A stretch of 64,000 bases of DNA from Octopus vulgaris (Eukaryota), in assembly GCA_951406725.2 (NCBI GenBank), contig OX597821.1:88350001-88414000 (forward strand), read 5' to 3'. The number at the start of each line of letters is the position of its first letter. The stretch's first letter is position 1. Of this stretch, positions 63,851 to 64,000 are shown piece after piece. Position numbers and translations under genes: made by a program. Below the pieces are notes generated by a model. It ran no database searches. It was given only the letters and a program-made list of their open reading frames with translations, and was not told the DNA's origin.

Positions 63851-64000
63851 GTCGAATGGCCTATCGGGGTCGTTCCTTAATATTGTTGAATATATAAATA
63901 TATGTGTGTACTTGCCTGTGTTTGTGTATATATGCTTCTAAATATACTAAACCTGTGTATATATTGATGCGTATGTATATATATATATATATATACATAT

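Overview
Eukaryotic, very AT-rich, microsatellite-saturated non-coding DNA. The repeat landscape resembles a coleoid cephalopod (Octopus-like) genome; this is an inference from pattern, not a database result. I cannot support any host gene. Almost all ORFs in the track are translations of simple repeats. Real coding signal is limited to retroelements: a young 5'-truncated CR1/L2-type LINE with an open RT frame (6283-7785, minus), an RTE endonuclease relic split by a second CR1-type 3' end, an RTE 3' end, two R4/Dong-type C-terminal relics and a Penelope-like (PLE) RT relic. Also present are several tRNA-derived SINE families, six non-autonomous Helitron-like elements and several MITE-like foldbacks. 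The most notable signal is a dense set of about 18 type I hammerhead-ribozyme (HHR) motifs from several sequence families. Most have a self-complementary helix III, some show compensatory base changes between copies, and most lie in PLE pseudo-LTR-like pieces next to (TA)n tracts. One locus (48317-49253) has two tandem HHRs 523 nt apart plus an inverted arm, the architecture of a retrozyme or circRNA-producing non-autonomous PLE. All structures were read by eye; no folding program or search was run.
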